NCBI GenBank assembly: GCA_963749915.1
Contig: CAVVOP010000011.1
Span: forward strand, 1-64,000
From: an uncultured cyanobacterium
Lineage (GTDB): Bacteria; Cyanobacteriota; Cyanobacteriia; Cyanobacteriales; Cyanobacteriaceae
Length of the DNA stretch: 64,000 nt
Reading direction: 5' to 3'
Part shown: one piece after another, positions 20,731-32,081 of the stretch
Numbering within the stretch: position 1 is the first letter of the stretch
Layout: every line of letters starts with the position of its first letter
Translations under genes and position numbers: made by a program
Notes under the pieces: generated by a model
What the model was told of the DNA's origin: nothing
Databases searched by the model: none
Seen by the model: only the letters and a program-made list of their open reading frames with translations

Positions 20731-21051
20731 TTATCGGTCATCACCATCACCTTTTAAAGTATTGTTGACTTGTCTATTAAGCAATTTATTAATATTTTCA
20801 GCCATGACTGTTTCCGGATTTAAACCCAACTCGTCACATAACCTTGCCCAATACCACATTACATCACCCAATTCTTTGGTTAGCTTCTCTTTAGCTACAT
20901 CTAAATCGTAATCTTTTCTGATGTATTTTTTGACAGCACCACTTACTTCTCCTGCTTCTGATGCCAATCCTAAAGTGAGATATTCTAAGAAAGTATCTTG
21001 AGAATAAATGGCTGTTTTTCTAGTTAATAATATATATTCTTGAACATTCAT
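20731..21051 (-). CDS. MazG-like nucleotide pyrophosphohydrolase (single domain)
   Basis: LGLASEAGEV...KK..R...KELGDVMWY...NINKL..R...GDGDDR. Confidence 0.88.
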   Translation of the reverse strand: MNVQEYILLTRKTAIYSQDTFLEYLTLGLASEAGEVSGAVKKYIRKDYDLDVAKEKLTKELGDVMWYWARLCDELGLNPETVMAENINKLLNRQVNNTLKGDGDDR

Positions 21052-21174
21052 AAAAAACAAAAATAAACAATCAGAGTCCGGAGTCACCCCATAATTAAAA
21101 ATGAGCCAAATAAAAGTTTTTTAACTCAAGCTATTATAGAGTTTTCTCCTTCTTTTTAGGTTCATCATCGCTCT

Positions 21175-22425
21175 TTAACGGCGAGGAAAACGGCGACGTT
21201 GCAAAAATTCGGGAATATCCAACCCTGGTGTAACATTATTAGGGTCTGAATTAGGGGTATTAGCGGCATCGGCGTTACTTGGATTCACCAATGTATCTTG
21301 TTTCGGTGCGGTGACAGTTTTTAGTGTCGGATTAATCTTCTTTTCCCCAGAAAAACCTGTCGCAATGACTGTTACTCTCACTTCTCCCTGCATTTTTTCA
21401 TCAACTACCGCCCCAAAAATAATATTAGCATTGGGATCAACGATGTCATAAATGGTTTCGGCGGCAGTATTCACTTCATGTAAAGTTAAATCATGTCCCC
21501 CTGTTATATTTAAGACTACTCCCGTCGCCCCTTGTATAGAAGATTCCAGTAAAGGAGAAGAAATAGCCGCTACAGCACCTTCTTTGGCACGGGATTTTCC
21601 CGAACCAATACCAATTCCCATTAAAGCCGAACCAGCATCAGCCATAACGGCTCTAACGTCGGCAAAATCAACGTTTACAAGACCTGGTATCGTAATAATA
21701 TCAGATATTCCCTGAACCCCCTGCCTTAAAGTGTCATCTGCCATGCGGAAAGACTCTTGTAAGGGAGTTTCGGAGGGAATTACCGACAATAATTTATTGT
21801 TAGGGATGACGATCAAAGTATCAACCTTGCTTTCTAAGGCTAATATGCCATCATCCGCTTGATTAGTACGACGACGACCTTCAAAAGTAAAGGGACGGGT
21901 GACAACTCCAACGGTCAAACACCCCATTTCTTTGGCGATTTCTGCCACGATAGGGGCTGCCCCCGTACCCGTTCCGCCCCCCATTCCCGCTGTGATAAAG
22001 ACTAAATCTGTATTTTCTAAGGCTTTGGCTATCTCATCTCTGGATTCTTCGGCGGCTTTTTGCCCGATGGCTGGATTACCCCCAGCACCTAAGCCTCTGG
22101 TGAGTTTTTGTCCAATTTGTAAGCAATAGCTAGCCATTGATTGAGCTAAGGCTTGAGCGTCGGTGTTTATTTGCCAAAATTCAACCCCTAGGACATTACC
22201 TTGTATCATGCGATTAACTGCATTGCAACCACCACCGCCAACTCCGATGACTTTGATTTGGGCTACATTACTAGGTACAATTAAGTTAGAATTCATATTT
22301 TGTTCTGGCGACTCGTTTCCTTGTCTCACTTTTTTGCCTTGACGAATTGCTGGATCAGCTCGATTGGTGAATTTTTGTGCCGATGGTTCGAGATATTCGG
22401 CTAGGTTTAAATCAGTTTCATTCAT
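21175..22425 (-). CDS. ftsZ: Cell division protein FtsZ
   Basis: [26 protein letters not shown]-terminal LDIPEFL. Confidence 0.99.
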   Translation of the reverse strand: MNETDLNLAEYLEPSAQKFTNRADPAIRQGKKVRQGNESPEQNMNSNLIVPSNVAQIKVIGVGGGGCNAVNRMIQGNVLGVEFWQINTDAQALAQSMASYCLQIGQKLTRGLGAGGNPAIGQKAAEESRDEIAKALENTDLVFITAGMGGGTGTGAAPIVAEIAKEMGCLTVGVVTRPFTFEGRRRTNQADDGILALESKVDTLIVIPNNKLLSVIPSETPLQESFRMADDTLRQGVQGISDIITIPGLVNVDFADVRAVMADAGSALMGIGIGSGKSRAKEGAVAAISSPLLESSIQGATGVVLNITGGHDLTLHEVNTAAETIYDIVDPNANIIFGAVVDEKMQGEVRVTVIATGFSGEKKINPTLKTVTAPKQDTLVNPSNADAANTPNSDPNNVTPGLDIPEFLQRRRFPRR

Positions 22426-22634
22426 GGTTGGTTAGTAATCATTTGCCACTAGTTGGTTATAAGACACGGAGGGCTAGGATTTGGCTAGCTTTGATCAAAA
22501 TTAATTTCAATAGTAATAATAGCTTCTTATTAAAAATAATAAATATATTTTTAGTATCGGTACTGAGCAAAATTATAGCTTAACTTGTTAATGTTTTTAT
22601 GTAAGTAATTATCATTATGTACTTTAGACAATCT

Positions 22635-23672
22635 TTATAAGTTAAAAAATTTTACTAATGTCGTTAATTTATCCCAAGCAGCTCCACTAGCAAGGATTTC
22701 ACGGCATTTTGTGATACCCCGATCATGTTCACCCATAGGGATTAGACCTGATACTTGTAAGGCCAGAGAGGCATTTAAAATAACCGCCTCAGATTGTGGT
22801 TTTGTGCCTTTTCCTTGAAGTACATTGGTGAGAATCTCTGCATTTTTTTCCACATTACCACCTTTTAAAGCTGAAAGGGTTGCACTGGTAAGATTTAACT
22901 CTTGAGGATTGAGGGTAGTAATGGTTATGTTGCCATCACTTAATAAAGCTAAGTCCGTTATATCTCCTAATCCTGCTTCGTCGAGTCTTTCCCTACCATG
23001 TAAAACCATGGCTTTTTCTACGGATAAATACTGTAAAGCCTTAACCATAGGTGCGATAAACTGAGAATCGTACACGCCAATTACTTGACCCGTAGGGCGT
23101 AAAGGATTGACTAAAGGACCTAATAAATTAAAGATAGTTCTAATCTTCAACTCTTTGCGTATCGGTGCAACGGCCTTCATGGCAGGATGCCATCCGGGGG
23201 CAAACAAAAAAGTGATCCCAACCTCATTTAATGCTTGTTTATATCTGTTTTCCTCTGCGTTTAGCTTGATACCCAGATATTCTAACACATCCGCAGATCC
23301 CACCTTACTAGAAGCTGAGCGATTACCATGTTTGGCTACTTTTATCCCCGCCGCCGCCGCTACAAATGCCACTGCGGTGGATATATTAAAGGTCGAAGAT
23401 CCGTCCCCCCCGGTCCCACAGGTATCTATCACTGGAGAAGGGCGGCTGAGACTTTCCAGGTTTCCAGATTGAGATTGTAGTAATACTTGAGCCATTCCTG
23501 CCAATTCCGTTGCGCAAACCCCTTTACCCTGAATAGCGGTAAGAATCGCTCCAGATAACACCGGGGAAATTTCCTCTTTTAACCACCCTTCCATTAATTC
23601 TGCCGCTTGTGCCTGATTTAGGGATTGTTTCTCTAAAAGTTGTGTGAGTAAATTTGACCAATCTGTACTCAT
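22635..23672 (-). CDS. trpD: Anthranilate phosphoribosyltransferase
   Basis: [33 protein letters not shown]. Confidence 0.96.
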   Translation of the reverse strand: MSTDWSNLLTQLLEKQSLNQAQAAELMEGWLKEEISPVLSGAILTAIQGKGVCATELAGMAQVLLQSQSGNLESLSRPSPVIDTCGTGGDGSSTFNISTAVAFVAAAAGIKVAKHGNRSASSKVGSADVLEYLGIKLNAEENRYKQALNEVGITFLFAPGWHPAMKAVAPIRKELKIRTIFNLLGPLVNPLRPTGQVIGVYDSQFIAPMVKALQYLSVEKAMVLHGRERLDEAGLGDITDLALLSDGNITITTLNPQELNLTSATLSALKGGNVEKNAEILTNVLQGKGTKPQSEAVILNASLALQVSGLIPMGEHDRGITKCREILASGAAWDKLTTLVKFFNL

Positions 23673-23847
23673 TAATATTTATTAAACTATAGTTATTCTG
23701 ACTTATCCTATCATTGACAGTAACTCAAATCAACAACAGATAAGCCAAGACGCTTTTAAACTGGATGTTTTAAAAGTAGTCGAATAAAACTGAATTTCTC
23801 AACCATTTCCGCTTCTCCATCCTCCAAAAACACTTTTTCAGCAACTA

Positions 23848-25023
23848 CTAATTACTAAGAGGTTTTTGTAATTGAGATTGCAACGGTACTTCCTCATTAT
23901 AAAAAATTCCCCTTAAAAAATTATCCTTAGCATCACCTTGATTTTTTCCCGGAGAAGGAAACATCATCCAACGACTACCATTAGACAATAATGACAGTGA
24001 ATTAATGTCTTGAGATAACCAAATCACAGGAGAAGAAGGAATTTCCGCTGTCATGCTTACGCCGTAATCAACTCCTGCAAGGGTTTCTAACATTACTTGA
24101 TTGCCATGAATCAACCCGATATCGGCAGTCCATAATTTTACCTCCAACTGTTGATGACTGGCATAAAAATACATGGAAGCCGCCGTAATTACCGCTTGTT
24201 CAAAATATTTGCCTTCCCACTCACAAGAGTTATGCAAACAAATGATAATCTCTTCTCCTCCCGTAATAGTTTCTAATTCTCTTACCTGCAAATCTCCAAA
24301 ACGGGCACTACTTCGCCAATGTATCAAGCGAATGGCATCTCCGTAACGATATTGTCGTAATGTCTTGGTTATTCCTTCTGTAGCATTTTGATAAAGTTTG
24401 TCACTTTGTCTTTGTTTGGCTTCTTGATTCCCTATATTATCAATTAATGGGCAGGTTTGTAACAGTAAAACTTGAGGATAAACAATGGCTTTAGCCTCCA
24501 CTTGTCTCCGGCGACTACTATAAAATAATCCAAAAGGTGCGGCAGTTTTGAGGGTGACATTATGCCAATGATAAATTCCTCTTTTTTCCGTATGACAATA
24601 GGATACTATTTTTAAGTTACTTTCGGCTGGTATTCCTTCAATAGTATTAATGATTTTTCCTGATAATTCTGGGGGAAGTTCGTCTATAATTTCTATCAAA
24701 GTTTTTGTTTTTTGGGTAGGATTTCTTATTATCAATGCAATGGTTAATTCATCCCCTGCACCAATGGCTTCTATGGGCAATCTTTTTACTTGAAGTCTCT
24801 TTAAGGTGCGAACAGAAATAACAAAATTTATGCCTAATAAAGATAAAAGGATACCACTTAGGACATAAAGCCAACCAGCCATAGTATTGGTTGCGGCACC
24901 AAAAAAACTTAAAGCAATGCCAATTAACACCCAACCACTATAAGCTGGAATTGCCCAACGATTTTCCAACCAATGGGCAAAGGACAGAATAAAATTATTG
25001 GGGGGAGAAATTTGGCGATTCAT
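23848..25023 (-). CDS. DUF58 domain protein
   Basis: AATNTMAGWLY, LRQYRYGD..R.IHWRSSAR; ATG 25023 avoids overlap with DUF427. Confidence 0.88.
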   Translation of the reverse strand: MNRQISPPNNFILSFAHWLENRWAIPAYSGWVLIGIALSFFGAATNTMAGWLYVLSGILLSLLGINFVISVRTLKRLQVKRLPIEAIGAGDELTIALIIRNPTQKTKTLIEIIDELPPELSGKIINTIEGIPAESNLKIVSYCHTEKRGIYHWHNVTLKTAAPFGLFYSSRRRQVEAKAIVYPQVLLLQTCPLIDNIGNQEAKQRQSDKLYQNATEGITKTLRQYRYGDAIRLIHWRSSARFGDLQVRELETITGGEEIIICLHNSCEWEGKYFEQAVITAASMYFYASHQQLEVKLWTADIGLIHGNQVMLETLAGVDYGVSMTAEIPSSPVIWLSQDINSLSLLSNGSRWMMFPSPGKNQGDAKDNFLRGIFYNEEVPLQSQLQKPLSN

Positions 25024-25063
25024 AAAACCTTCCGCAAAACTAGAATTACTCTTGATTAGGTGA

Positions 25064-25348
25064 TTAGGATTCGACTTGGACACCACGCCAAAAAGCAACA
25101 TAGTTTTTAATATTGGCAGCTTTCTCTTTTGGATCGGGGTAATACCATGCGGCATCTTTATTTTCTTTTCCGTTAACCACAATAGTATAATAGCTAGCAA
25201 CCCCTTTCCATGAACAAGTTGTGTGGGTCTCACTGGGTTTAAAATATTCTTGATTAACGGCATTTTGGGGAAAATAATGATTTCCTTCTACCATTTCACA
25301 ATTGTCACTTTCGGCGATGATGACACCATTCCAAATTGCTTTTGCCAT
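25064..25348 (-). CDS. DUF427 family protein
   Basis: VEGNHYFP, TCSWKG.ASYY, AAWYYPDPK. Confidence 0.9.
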   Translation of the reverse strand: MAKAIWNGVIIAESDNCEMVEGNHYFPQNAVNQEYFKPSETHTTCSWKGVASYYTIVVNGKENKDAAWYYPDPKEKAANIKNYVAFWRGVQVES

Positions 25349-25552
25349 TATTTTTAGATGAATAAATAAATTACTGATTATAACTCATCGTTCGCCTATT
25401 TGAAAATGAGTTAGAAAAATTGTTGACGAAATATAAGGATCATAGCGTTTGTTAATTTAGCGATCGCAACAGAAAAAGAAATTGGTATGAGCATACTCTA
25501 TCAGGCTATAATATTGGCATAGTCTTAGAGAAACAAATTTTAGGAGTTGCCC

Positions 25553-25873
25553 ATGTCACCCTCATCCCTACCGATCAAACCGGCTGTGCTGGTTGTCATT
25601 ATTGGTGAAACCGTCTTGCAAGACCGCATTATCAAACTGCTGCAAGACTTAGGCGTGAATGGCTATACTCTCAACCAAGCCCAGGGTGCAGGTCGCCACG
25701 GAAGCCGCCGGGGAGATATGGTCGGCTACAACACTAATATTGAGATCAAAACCGTTGTGTCCCAGGCAGTCTCGGAGGCGATCTTCTCCGGTTTGGTCGA
25801 GTATCAATCTAATCATGCCTTAATTGCTTTCCGACAAAATGTAGAAGCGTTGACTGGATTTGAGATAATTTGA
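25553..25873 (+). CDS. P-II-like (SbtB-like) signalling protein
   Basis: GVNGYT....G.G..G.R, NIEIKTVVS; TAGGAG SD before ATG 25553. Confidence 0.75.
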   Translation: MSPSSLPIKPAVLVVIIGETVLQDRIIKLLQDLGVNGYTLNQAQGAGRHGSRRGDMVGYNTNIEIKTVVSQAVSEAIFSGLVEYQSNHALIAFRQNVEALTGFEII

Positions 25874-25955
25874 TTCATGAGTTTTGAGCCAAATCCTGGT
25901 CTGGACAAGTAGGTGGATAATAAAGTGGATGTTCTAAACGGGAGGAAAGATTGAT

Positions 25956-26732
25956 TTGACCAACCACTCATTTGGCTTCTATTGGTTCGTCTTCTTCGGG
26001 GTTATTCTGTCCCGCTATTTTTTGATTGCTGGCGGAGTGTACTGGCTATTCTATTCGGTTCTGGGAAAGTCCTTGGCTGCCCGAAGTTTACGGCAACAGC
26101 GAAATTCTGCTGTCTACAGAACGCCCCCACTGCGCCAGTCGATTGAGCGGGAGATCAAAATGTCCACTCTCTCGGCGGTCGTTTTTGCCCTTGGTGCAGC
26201 TTTCGTCATGACAGAGTATGATTGGGGGATAACCCTTTTATACACTGACTTACACCAGTATGGATTGTGGTATTTAGGAGTCAGCTTTGTGGCGGTACTC
26301 GTTCTTCAAGATGGGTATTTTTACTTTCTCCATCGGTTATTTCACCACCCTTTGCTTTTTAAATGGATACATGGTGGCCATCACCGTTCAGGAGTTCCCA
26401 CCCCCTGGACATCCTTTGCCTTTGACTTACCAGAAGCGTTCATCCAGACGTTCTTCTTTGTTGGTGTCGTTTTAATTATCCCGCTCCATTTCTTCACTTT
26501 ACTTGCTGTACTCCTGACGATGACATTATGGTCAGTGTGGAATCATCTCGGGTTTGAGATATTTTCCTCCTCATTTCCCCAGCACTGGCTCGGAAAATGG
26601 CTCATTGGTTCGACCCATCACGCCATCCATCATCGTCAATATACAGTGCATTATGGGCTATATTTCACGTTCTGGGATAAGTTGTGCGGCACCCAAGACC
26701 CTCATTATGAGAATGAGTTTGACTTTAATTAA
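25956..26732 (+). CDS. Sterol desaturase / fatty-acid hydroxylase family protein
   Basis: His boxes HRLFH, HGGHH, NH, HAIHH; WDKLCGT. Confidence 0.9.
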   Translation: MTNHSFGFYWFVFFGVILSRYFLIAGGVYWLFYSVLGKSLAARSLRQQRNSAVYRTPPLRQSIEREIKMSTLSAVVFALGAAFVMTEYDWGITLLYTDLHQYGLWYLGVSFVAVLVLQDGYFYFLHRLFHHPLLFKWIHGGHHRSGVPTPWTSFAFDLPEAFIQTFFFVGVVLIIPLHFFTLLAVLLTMTLWSVWNHLGFEIFSSSFPQHWLGKWLIGSTHHAIHHRQYTVHYGLYFTFWDKLCGTQDPHYENEFDFN

Positions 26733-26867
26733 GTTGAAGATAGACTGAGAATATAGATATACGAGAAGTTAATTAAAGGCTCTAAATTGTTTATTAGACT
26801 TCCGCAAGAAGTCTATAGTTTTTAACTTAACTTCTGACCAATTGCTAATTGTTAATTGCTAATTGTT

Positions 26868-27323
26868 TTAGTTTCTAGCTAACCATTTTTGGGCATTTAA
26901 ACGCTTGAGAGTAAATAAAACCATTAAATCAAGAGTAGCTTTACGCTCATCAATCATAAAAGATTCGATGGTACTAGGTTTTTCTCCATTATTACTACAA
27001 GAAAAGGCTTTCTGACCATTAACATTTTCGTCCAAAAAGTAAAGAGAAAACTGGCGATTTCCGAGATTGCCGATCACTTGCCAACACTCAGGATTAGACT
27101 CAAAACCAATTACAGGAATTTTGTCCTTTTTAAAATCTAACTCAACATTTTTTAAACCCTTTTTATCTAAGGCAATTTTGAGACTAGGAGTGAAATCTTG
27201 TTCCATAAACTCAGTAAAAGGCTTATCTTCTAAGGCAGGGGGTTTAACTTTTTTCGGAGGTTTCGTTGCCGCAGCAGCTTCTGGTTTATTTCGGGTTTCC
27301 GTTGTCTTAGTTTCTTCAGTCAT
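26868..27323 (-). CDS. DUF2996 protein (NdhV-like)
   Basis: PALEDKPF.EF, STIESFMIDER..TLDL, RLNAQKWLARN. Confidence 0.8.
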   Translation of the reverse strand: MTEETKTTETRNKPEAAAATKPPKKVKPPALEDKPFTEFMEQDFTPSLKIALDKKGLKNVELDFKKDKIPVIGFESNPECWQVIGNLGNRQFSLYFLDENVNGQKAFSCSNNGEKPSTIESFMIDERKATLDLMVLFTLKRLNAQKWLARN

Positions 27324-27375
27324 AAATTTACCTATAAATAATTTTTGATAGTTGTTTTTAAATTAACACTGAATA

Positions 27376-27517
27376 GTAGGTTGGGTTGAACAAACTGAAA
27401 TCAAAAACCCACAATCTCGATCTTTCGGTTACATTAACAGGACTTATAATGTTATGTGGTCAGGTTTAACACAAGAAATGTTGATTCTTGGGTTACTTTT
27501 TTGCTAGACCAACCTAC
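27376..27517. repeat. Inverted GTAG-family REP doublet
   Basis: GTAGGTTGGGTTGA...ACCAACCTAC; a related single unit at ~35150-35169 (GGTGGACAATACCCACCTAC). Confidence 0.55.
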
Positions 27518-27577
27518 AAAAAACCACTTAGTATTTGATGCGGGTTGAGGAAATAATAATTTGTTGATTGTTCATTA

Positions 27578-29167
27578 CTAAAGAGGGCGATAGACCCGAT
27601 AATCAATTTCAGGGAAAATATTATCAATTTCTGCCACTTTAGTTAACCAACCAGAGTCAACTTTTTCCGCTAAAATCTCGTCATAGAGTTTATTTAATCT
27701 TAACAAGTGACTCTTTGTTCGCCTTACCGCATAAGGCACCATTGTACCCGTACGCATGATGAAAGCCCAATCGGAAGACTGTGCCAATAACAACTCTCGT
27801 GCCGCCTGATTTAACGCTCGTAATTGTAATTCGTCAGTTGGTTCAATTGTTCCTAAATGAATCATTTTTTCAGCGGCTTTATGTAGATGAGGATAAACCC
27901 AGGCATTAGTATGATTCAACCAATATTCATGGAAACCTTTATAACCCCAACTCGATTGAGAAGGTATCGCCACTTGTTGGGTCGGATGTCCTTTCAAATA
28001 GTCCGCTAAATGAATCATGTATAAAGGATCTTGATCAAACCACGCTTTACGGAACAGAAAATCAATGAATTGAGGTCCTTCATACCACCAATGTCCATAT
28101 AATTCAGCATCATAGGGTGATACCACAAGGGGTTCTCGTTGCATCATTCCTGCCAAGTGCTGAACTTGTTGCACACGATTATACAAAAAGTTTCCTGCGT
28201 GTTCAGCAGCTTTTTCCCTTGCCCAATAAGGATCATAAAGGGCTTTGTCCGATAAACCCGCTTGACGGCTAGTAATTTTATGATATTTTATGCCCACATT
28301 TTTTCGCTGACCGTTGGGCATAATATAGGGTTTAATGTAATCGTAGTCAGCTTCCCAGCCTAAATCTTTGTAAAATTCTCGATAAACAGGATCTCCCGGA
28401 TAGCCGACTTCCGATGACCAAACCTGTTGAGATGACTCATGATCACGACCAAATACTGCGACTCCTGTTTCGGTGAAAATTGGGGCATAAGTACCAAAAC
28501 GAGGACGGGGACGGGCGTATAATATTCCATGACCATCGGTTAAGAAATACCGTAGCCCTGCATCGGCTAACATTCTTTCTAAACCTTCATAGTAGGCACA
28601 TTCGGGCAACCAAATCCCCCGTGGACGGATACCGAAATTTTCCTCATAACTTTGACAGGCAACCTCGATTTGTGCCCATACCGCTTGAGGGTACATTTTC
28701 ATCAAGGGTAAGTAACCATGAGTTGCACCACAGGTAATAATTTCAATGTTATTACTATCTTGAAAATTTTTAAAAGCAGTAACTAAATTACCCTTATATC
28801 TTTCCCATGTTTGGCGAATCCCTTTGAACTCCTCAGCATAATATTCAGCAAGATATTTTATATGCCCATTATGTTCGTTATGTTCAATTTCTTTTTCGAG
28901 TAATTCTTGTAATTTTTCTAAATGTTCGCTATATCTTTCTTGTAATAATTTATCTCTGAGCATGGACACTAAAGGGGGTGTCATACTCATGGTTATTTTA
29001 AAATCGACCCCATCTCGTTTTAATCCCTCAAAAACGTGAATTAAAGGTATATAAGTTTCAGTGATTGCTTCATATAGCCACTCTTCTTCTAAGACATAAT
29101 CACTTTCCGGATGGCGAACAAAAGGTAAATGTGCGTGTAGCACTAAGGCAAGGTAGCCAAGAGCCAT
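27578..29167 (-). CDS. GH57 family glycoside hydrolase (branching-enzyme type, DUF1957)
   Basis: LHAHLPFV, ETYIP, GIWLPEC, PYDAELYGHWW, ARELLLAQSSDW. Confidence 0.92.
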   Translation of the reverse strand: MALGYLALVLHAHLPFVRHPESDYVLEEEWLYEAITETYIPLIHVFEGLKRDGVDFKITMSMTPPLVSMLRDKLLQERYSEHLEKLQELLEKEIEHNEHNGHIKYLAEYYAEEFKGIRQTWERYKGNLVTAFKNFQDSNNIEIITCGATHGYLPLMKMYPQAVWAQIEVACQSYEENFGIRPRGIWLPECAYYEGLERMLADAGLRYFLTDGHGILYARPRPRFGTYAPIFTETGVAVFGRDHESSQQVWSSEVGYPGDPVYREFYKDLGWEADYDYIKPYIMPNGQRKNVGIKYHKITSRQAGLSDKALYDPYWAREKAAEHAGNFLYNRVQQVQHLAGMMQREPLVVSPYDAELYGHWWYEGPQFIDFLFRKAWFDQDPLYMIHLADYLKGHPTQQVAIPSQSSWGYKGFHEYWLNHTNAWVYPHLHKAAEKMIHLGTIEPTDELQLRALNQAARELLLAQSSDWAFIMRTGTMVPYAVRRTKSHLLRLNKLYDEILAEKVDSGWLTKVAEIDNIFPEIDYRVYRPL

Positions 29168-29445
29168 AATATGTCGATAACTATTTGCTAGTTTTTACAG
29201 GTTGACAGTTCTAATAAAAATAATATTATTCTGTCATTAGAATTTTAGGATAAAACGAGCGTGACTCACATTAAAATAAAAACTTAATTGCTGATTAAAT
29301 TTTAAAGTAACATTGTAAAATGCCATTAAAGTTGAAAACTCATCCCCTAAAATCGCCTACGATAAATGATTAATGATTTATTAATCACTATTCACTAGAA
29401 AATAAATTATAATCACTATCTGAAAGTAATTTTTATATTATAGTA

Positions 29446-30910
29446 ATGTATTATCAAAAAAGTTTTTCTTTTCTCTTTACCTCTTTATATTTAGTCTTAA
29501 GTTATATTACTCCCGGTGTGGCTCAAGAAAGTAATAATAATCCGTCAACGGAACCAAACACGCCAGGATTCTTCTGCTAGGGAGGTCACTAAATTTAATT
29601 CTAGTGCCAATCCGTTGCTGTTTCCCACCAAACCCGAAGAAGTAAGCATCGAAAAACAACAATCGGTGACCTTAGACGAGGCTATTGAAATCGCACTCAA
29701 AAATAATAAAGATTTACAAGCTGCTAGGCTTGAGTTACAGAGATCAGAAGACGGTTTAAGGGCTTCTCTAGGAGCTCAACTACCTACCATTGACACACAA
29801 TTAGACTTTAATCAAAGGGGAGATGATGTCCCGGCAACGGAGGATACGTTCATTAGCCGGGACAGAACTCAATTATTGGGGCAAATAGAAGTGGGTTATG
29901 ATCTTTACACTGGTGGTCGCAGGGGTGCAACTATTGAGCGTTCTCGTCGAGAAGTTTATTCGAGTAAGTTAGAAGTAGAAAGGATCTCTGAGGAAACTCG
30001 TTTTAATACTGCCACTAGGTATTATGAGTTACAAAATAATGATGCACAGGTAGCCATCGCCCAAGCTGCCATTGAAGATTTTTCCCAAACCTTACGAGAT
30101 GCCCAATTATTGGAACAAGCAGGATTAGGTACCAGATTTGATGTTTTACAGGCGGAAGTTGATTTGGCCAACGCCAATCAAGCCTTAACTAGAGCGATCG
30201 CAGATCAAAGAAATGCTAGAAGAACATTAGCCGAAGTTTTAAGCGTGGGGCAGAATGTAGAATTAACCGCCGCTGATGAAATTAGGGAAAATGGTGTTTG
30301 GCCATATTCCTTAGACGAAAGCATTGTTATGGCTTACAAAAATAGGGCTGAGTTAGAACAATTATTAGTAAGCCGAGAAATTAACGAACAAGATAGGCAA
30401 ATCGCTCTTTCCGAAACCCGTCCCCAAGTCGGTCTTTTTGCCAACTACAATTTTAATAACAACATTGCTGATAATCTCGGTCCCACTGGTTATGCCGATG
30501 GTTATAATGTAGGCGCAAGAATAAGTTGGCGACTGTATGATGGTGGTATCACCAGCGCTAGAGCAGATCAAGAAACCCGTAATATAGAGATTGACGAGAC
30601 AAATTTTGCCAATCAAAGAAATGCGATTCGCTTAGAGGTAGAAAATGCTTACAATACTTTAATTGCTAACCAAGAAAACATCAAAACTACCGAAACAGCC
30701 GTTGTCACCGCCACAGAAAGTCTCCGTTTAGCCCGATTAAGGTTTCAGGCAGGAGTTGGTACCCAAACTGATGTCATTAACGCCCAAAGAAGTTTAACAG
30801 ACGCAAGGGGAAACTTTTTACAGGCCATCATTGGATATAATCAGTCCCTTAATGAGTTACAACGTGCGGTCAGTAATTTGCCCGATAATCGACTCTTTGA
30901 ATTCAGATAG
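29446..30910 (+). CDS. TolC-family outer-membrane efflux protein; frameshift after signal peptide in this sequence
   Basis: OEP repeats (GLGTRFDVLQA, ARLRFQAGVGTQTDV). ATG 29446 gives signal peptide MYYQKSFSFLFTSLYLVLSYITPGVA-QE, one base out of frame with the 29516 ORF. Confidence 0.85.
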
Positions 30911-31025
30911 AAAAAACTTTGGTAGTATTCAGAAGCATGCCTGTAAAGTTTATCGGGCACTTAACACTTTTGCTCAGAAGCAGATGTGGAAAGCGATCCC
31001 CAATCACAATAATATTTTTGGCAAT

Positions 31026-31913
31026 TTATACTAAAGTAACTAAATTTTCCTTCATCCAATCAATGCCGATGGATAATTGTTGTTGCATTTGTGATTTTGA
31101 CGCTTGATAACGTCGCCCATGACCAGGTAAAATCCATTCAAAGTTATATTGCGTAAGTTTTTTTGTGGATTCTATTACTTTTTCCCAAGAAAACCAACAA
31201 TAGTCCCGAAAACCAACTAACTTCTGTAGATAATTTGACCATGCAAGATGATCACCCGTAAATAAAAACTTATTTTTGTACAATAAAACTGTATGACCCT
31301 TAGTGTGTCCGGGTACAGGTATAATTAACACATCTTCTGCTAATGGCCAAGGTTCGGTAATGTCTAATTTAATCTCAACATTTTCTGTTTGCGGTTTAAT
31401 ATCCTCTCGGTGTAAAATGCGATCGCAATTGAAATGGTCATGAAAGAATTGATGATCGGCAACATCATCTTGATGAGTAAGATAAAGATACTTAACACCA
31501 CCCATTTTTTCTAATTGTTTGACTAAAGAAAGATTAAAACGAGGAGAATCAATTAAAATGTTACCCTTAGAGCGTTGAATAAAATAACTAGTCGCACCAT
31601 AAGATTTTTGAGAATGATAACCACAATGATAAACATTATCAGCTATCCTTAAAGGAAAACTTTCTTGAATTTGTCCAATATCTTGAGGTTTATTAATTGT
31701 GCCAATAGAAAAAGTCGGACAAGATAATAAAGCCTGTAAAGAATGTTGTCTTTCTTGTGGTGTAATAGGCTGATGATACACTGCAGATTTTTTTTCCTGA
31801 CGAGTAAAAATTTCTGGTGCAATCCAACGACAAGTATCACAATCAATACAAGTATCATCAACAAAAAAATCCCCTTCAACATTTTCTTTTCGTCGCCGAG
31901 CGATTTTAGCCAT
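31026..31913 (-). CDS. Ferredoxin-domain + MBL-fold metallo-hydrolase
   Basis: CIDCDTC...CP; LTHQDDVADH, PGHTKGH, FTGDH, PGHG. Confidence 0.9.
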   Translation of the reverse strand: MAKIARRRKENVEGDFFVDDTCIDCDTCRWIAPEIFTRQEKKSAVYHQPITPQERQHSLQALLSCPTFSIGTINKPQDIGQIQESFPLRIADNVYHCGYHSQKSYGATSYFIQRSKGNILIDSPRFNLSLVKQLEKMGGVKYLYLTHQDDVADHQFFHDHFNCDRILHREDIKPQTENVEIKLDITEPWPLAEDVLIIPVPGHTKGHTVLLYKNKFLFTGDHLAWSNYLQKLVGFRDYCWFSWEKVIESTKKLTQYNFEWILPGHGRRYQASKSQMQQQLSIGIDWMKENLVTLV

Positions 31914-32081
31914 AATAATTTTAGGAATCTATAGAAAACTTAAGATTACCTATCTATTTTATCTCTTTTATCTCTCTTTAAATTATTAAGTAAGTAAAAG
32001 AAAAAATGGTAAATTGGTAAAATAATCTTAAAGTAAAAATAACCGTCAACAGCCAAATACCAACTATCAACTATTCACTAT

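Noticed and set aside
25024..25263. N-terminal extension of the DUF58 ORF
   Set aside because: Overlaps the well-conserved DUF427 gene in another frame; ATG 25023 fits better.
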